DNA of 64,000 nt from an uncultured delta proteobacterium (GTDB taxonomy: Bacteria > Myxococcota > Myxococcia > Myxococcales > Myxococcaceae): positions 1-64,000 of the forward strand of contig CAVYSY010000006.1 in assembly GCA_963771175.1 (NCBI GenBank). The letters are read 5' to 3'. The notes beneath the pieces were generated by a model that did no database searches, was not told the origin of the DNA, and saw only the letters and a list, made by a program, of their open reading frames with translations. Position 1 is the first letter of the stretch; each line of letters starts with the position of its first letter. The position numbers were made by a program, and so were the translations under genes. This document shows, one piece after another, positions 63,457 through 64,000 of the stretch.

Positions 63457-63945
63457 TCAGAACGGGATGGAGTCGTCGTCGGTGCCGCCACCGCTGAAGT
63501 CGTCGTCCCCGTGCGGAGGCGGCTCGTTGTCCGAGCCCCCGTCCCCGCCGCGCTGACGGGCAATCTCCGCCTCGATGGCCGCCAGCAGCGCGCGCTCCCG
63601 GTCGTGCCAGCGAGACTTGCTCGGGTCGCCCAGCGAGCGCCGCGCGCCGTTCGCGTAGTACTCGAGGTCCCCCATGCTCGCGCCCCGGATGGGGCCGCCC
63701 TTGCTGCGGCCGTAGTTGGGGAACACCTCGCCGCCCCCACCACCGCCGCCACCACCACCACCGGACGAGGCCGCACGCCTCGGCGCGGCCGCCGCCGCCG
63801 CGTCGGGCGTCGAGCCGATGCTCATCTCGCCCAGCTTCAGCGAGAACCCGTCCCCGTTGCGGAACGCCGTCCCCACCCGCACCTGCTCCACGCGCCCGTC
63901 CGGGCGCCGCACTGCCACCGTCACCGGATAACCCTGTTCACTCAT
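63457..63945 (-). CDS. Hypothetical protein with Gly-rich linker and SSB-like acidic C-terminal tail
   Basis: VRVGTAFRNGDGFSLKL, poly-Gly, FPNYGRSKG, ends DDDSIPF. Confidence 0.8.
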   Translation of the reverse strand: MSEQGYPVTVAVRRPDGRVEQVRVGTAFRNGDGFSLKLGEMSIGSTPDAAAAAAPRRAASSGGGGGGGGGGGEVFPNYGRSKGGPIRGASMGDLEYYANGARRSLGDPSKSRWHDRERALLAAIEAEIARQRGGDGGSDNEPPPHGDDDFSGGGTDDDSIPF

Positions 63946-64000
63946 GCCCGCCGGAAATCACTCCCGGTTCGCACTGTCAACGACTCCTCGGGGCGGGGGT

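Noticed and set aside
63730..63765. CCA/CCG microsatellite
   Set aside because: Encodes the poly-Gly linker of the 63457..63945 protein

Overview
GC-rich myxobacterial chromosome segment, most likely Archangiaceae/Cystobacterineae (inferred from the 16S sequence style, two DUF2378/TIGR02265 genes and many lipoproteins). Left end: a complete minus-strand rRNA operon (16S, tRNA-Ile, tRNA-Ala, 23S, 5S) preceded by about six tandem sigma70-type promoters, then a 260-bp IS21-type miniature element. Next come a GH13 glucan enzyme, CsbD, a type II glutamine synthetase divergent from a NifA-like sigma54 activator with four palindromic sites between them, a sensor kinase, def, a broken HTH gene and an IS4-family element inserted in a REP-like hairpin. 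The centre (about 26.7-41.6 kb) is the best candidate for an undescribed system: isochorismate synthase, YceI, three c-type cytochromes, a MenA-like prenyltransferase, a one-module Gly-type NRPS with altered C and E catalytic motifs, an unassigned membrane protein and a P450. The right part holds an atypical kinase, a DUF2378 pair with a sigma54 promoter beside a PilZ-domain activator, a lipoprotein nuclease/immunity-like pair, a 4.3-kb integrase-less island bounded by a perfect 30-bp direct repeat, a serine hydrolase, a MASE1 kinase and a protein with an SSB-like tail. Many genes carry patchily clustered frameshifts that look like assembly indels, so pseudogene calls are provisional. All family calls are by-eye motif recognition; no searches were run.
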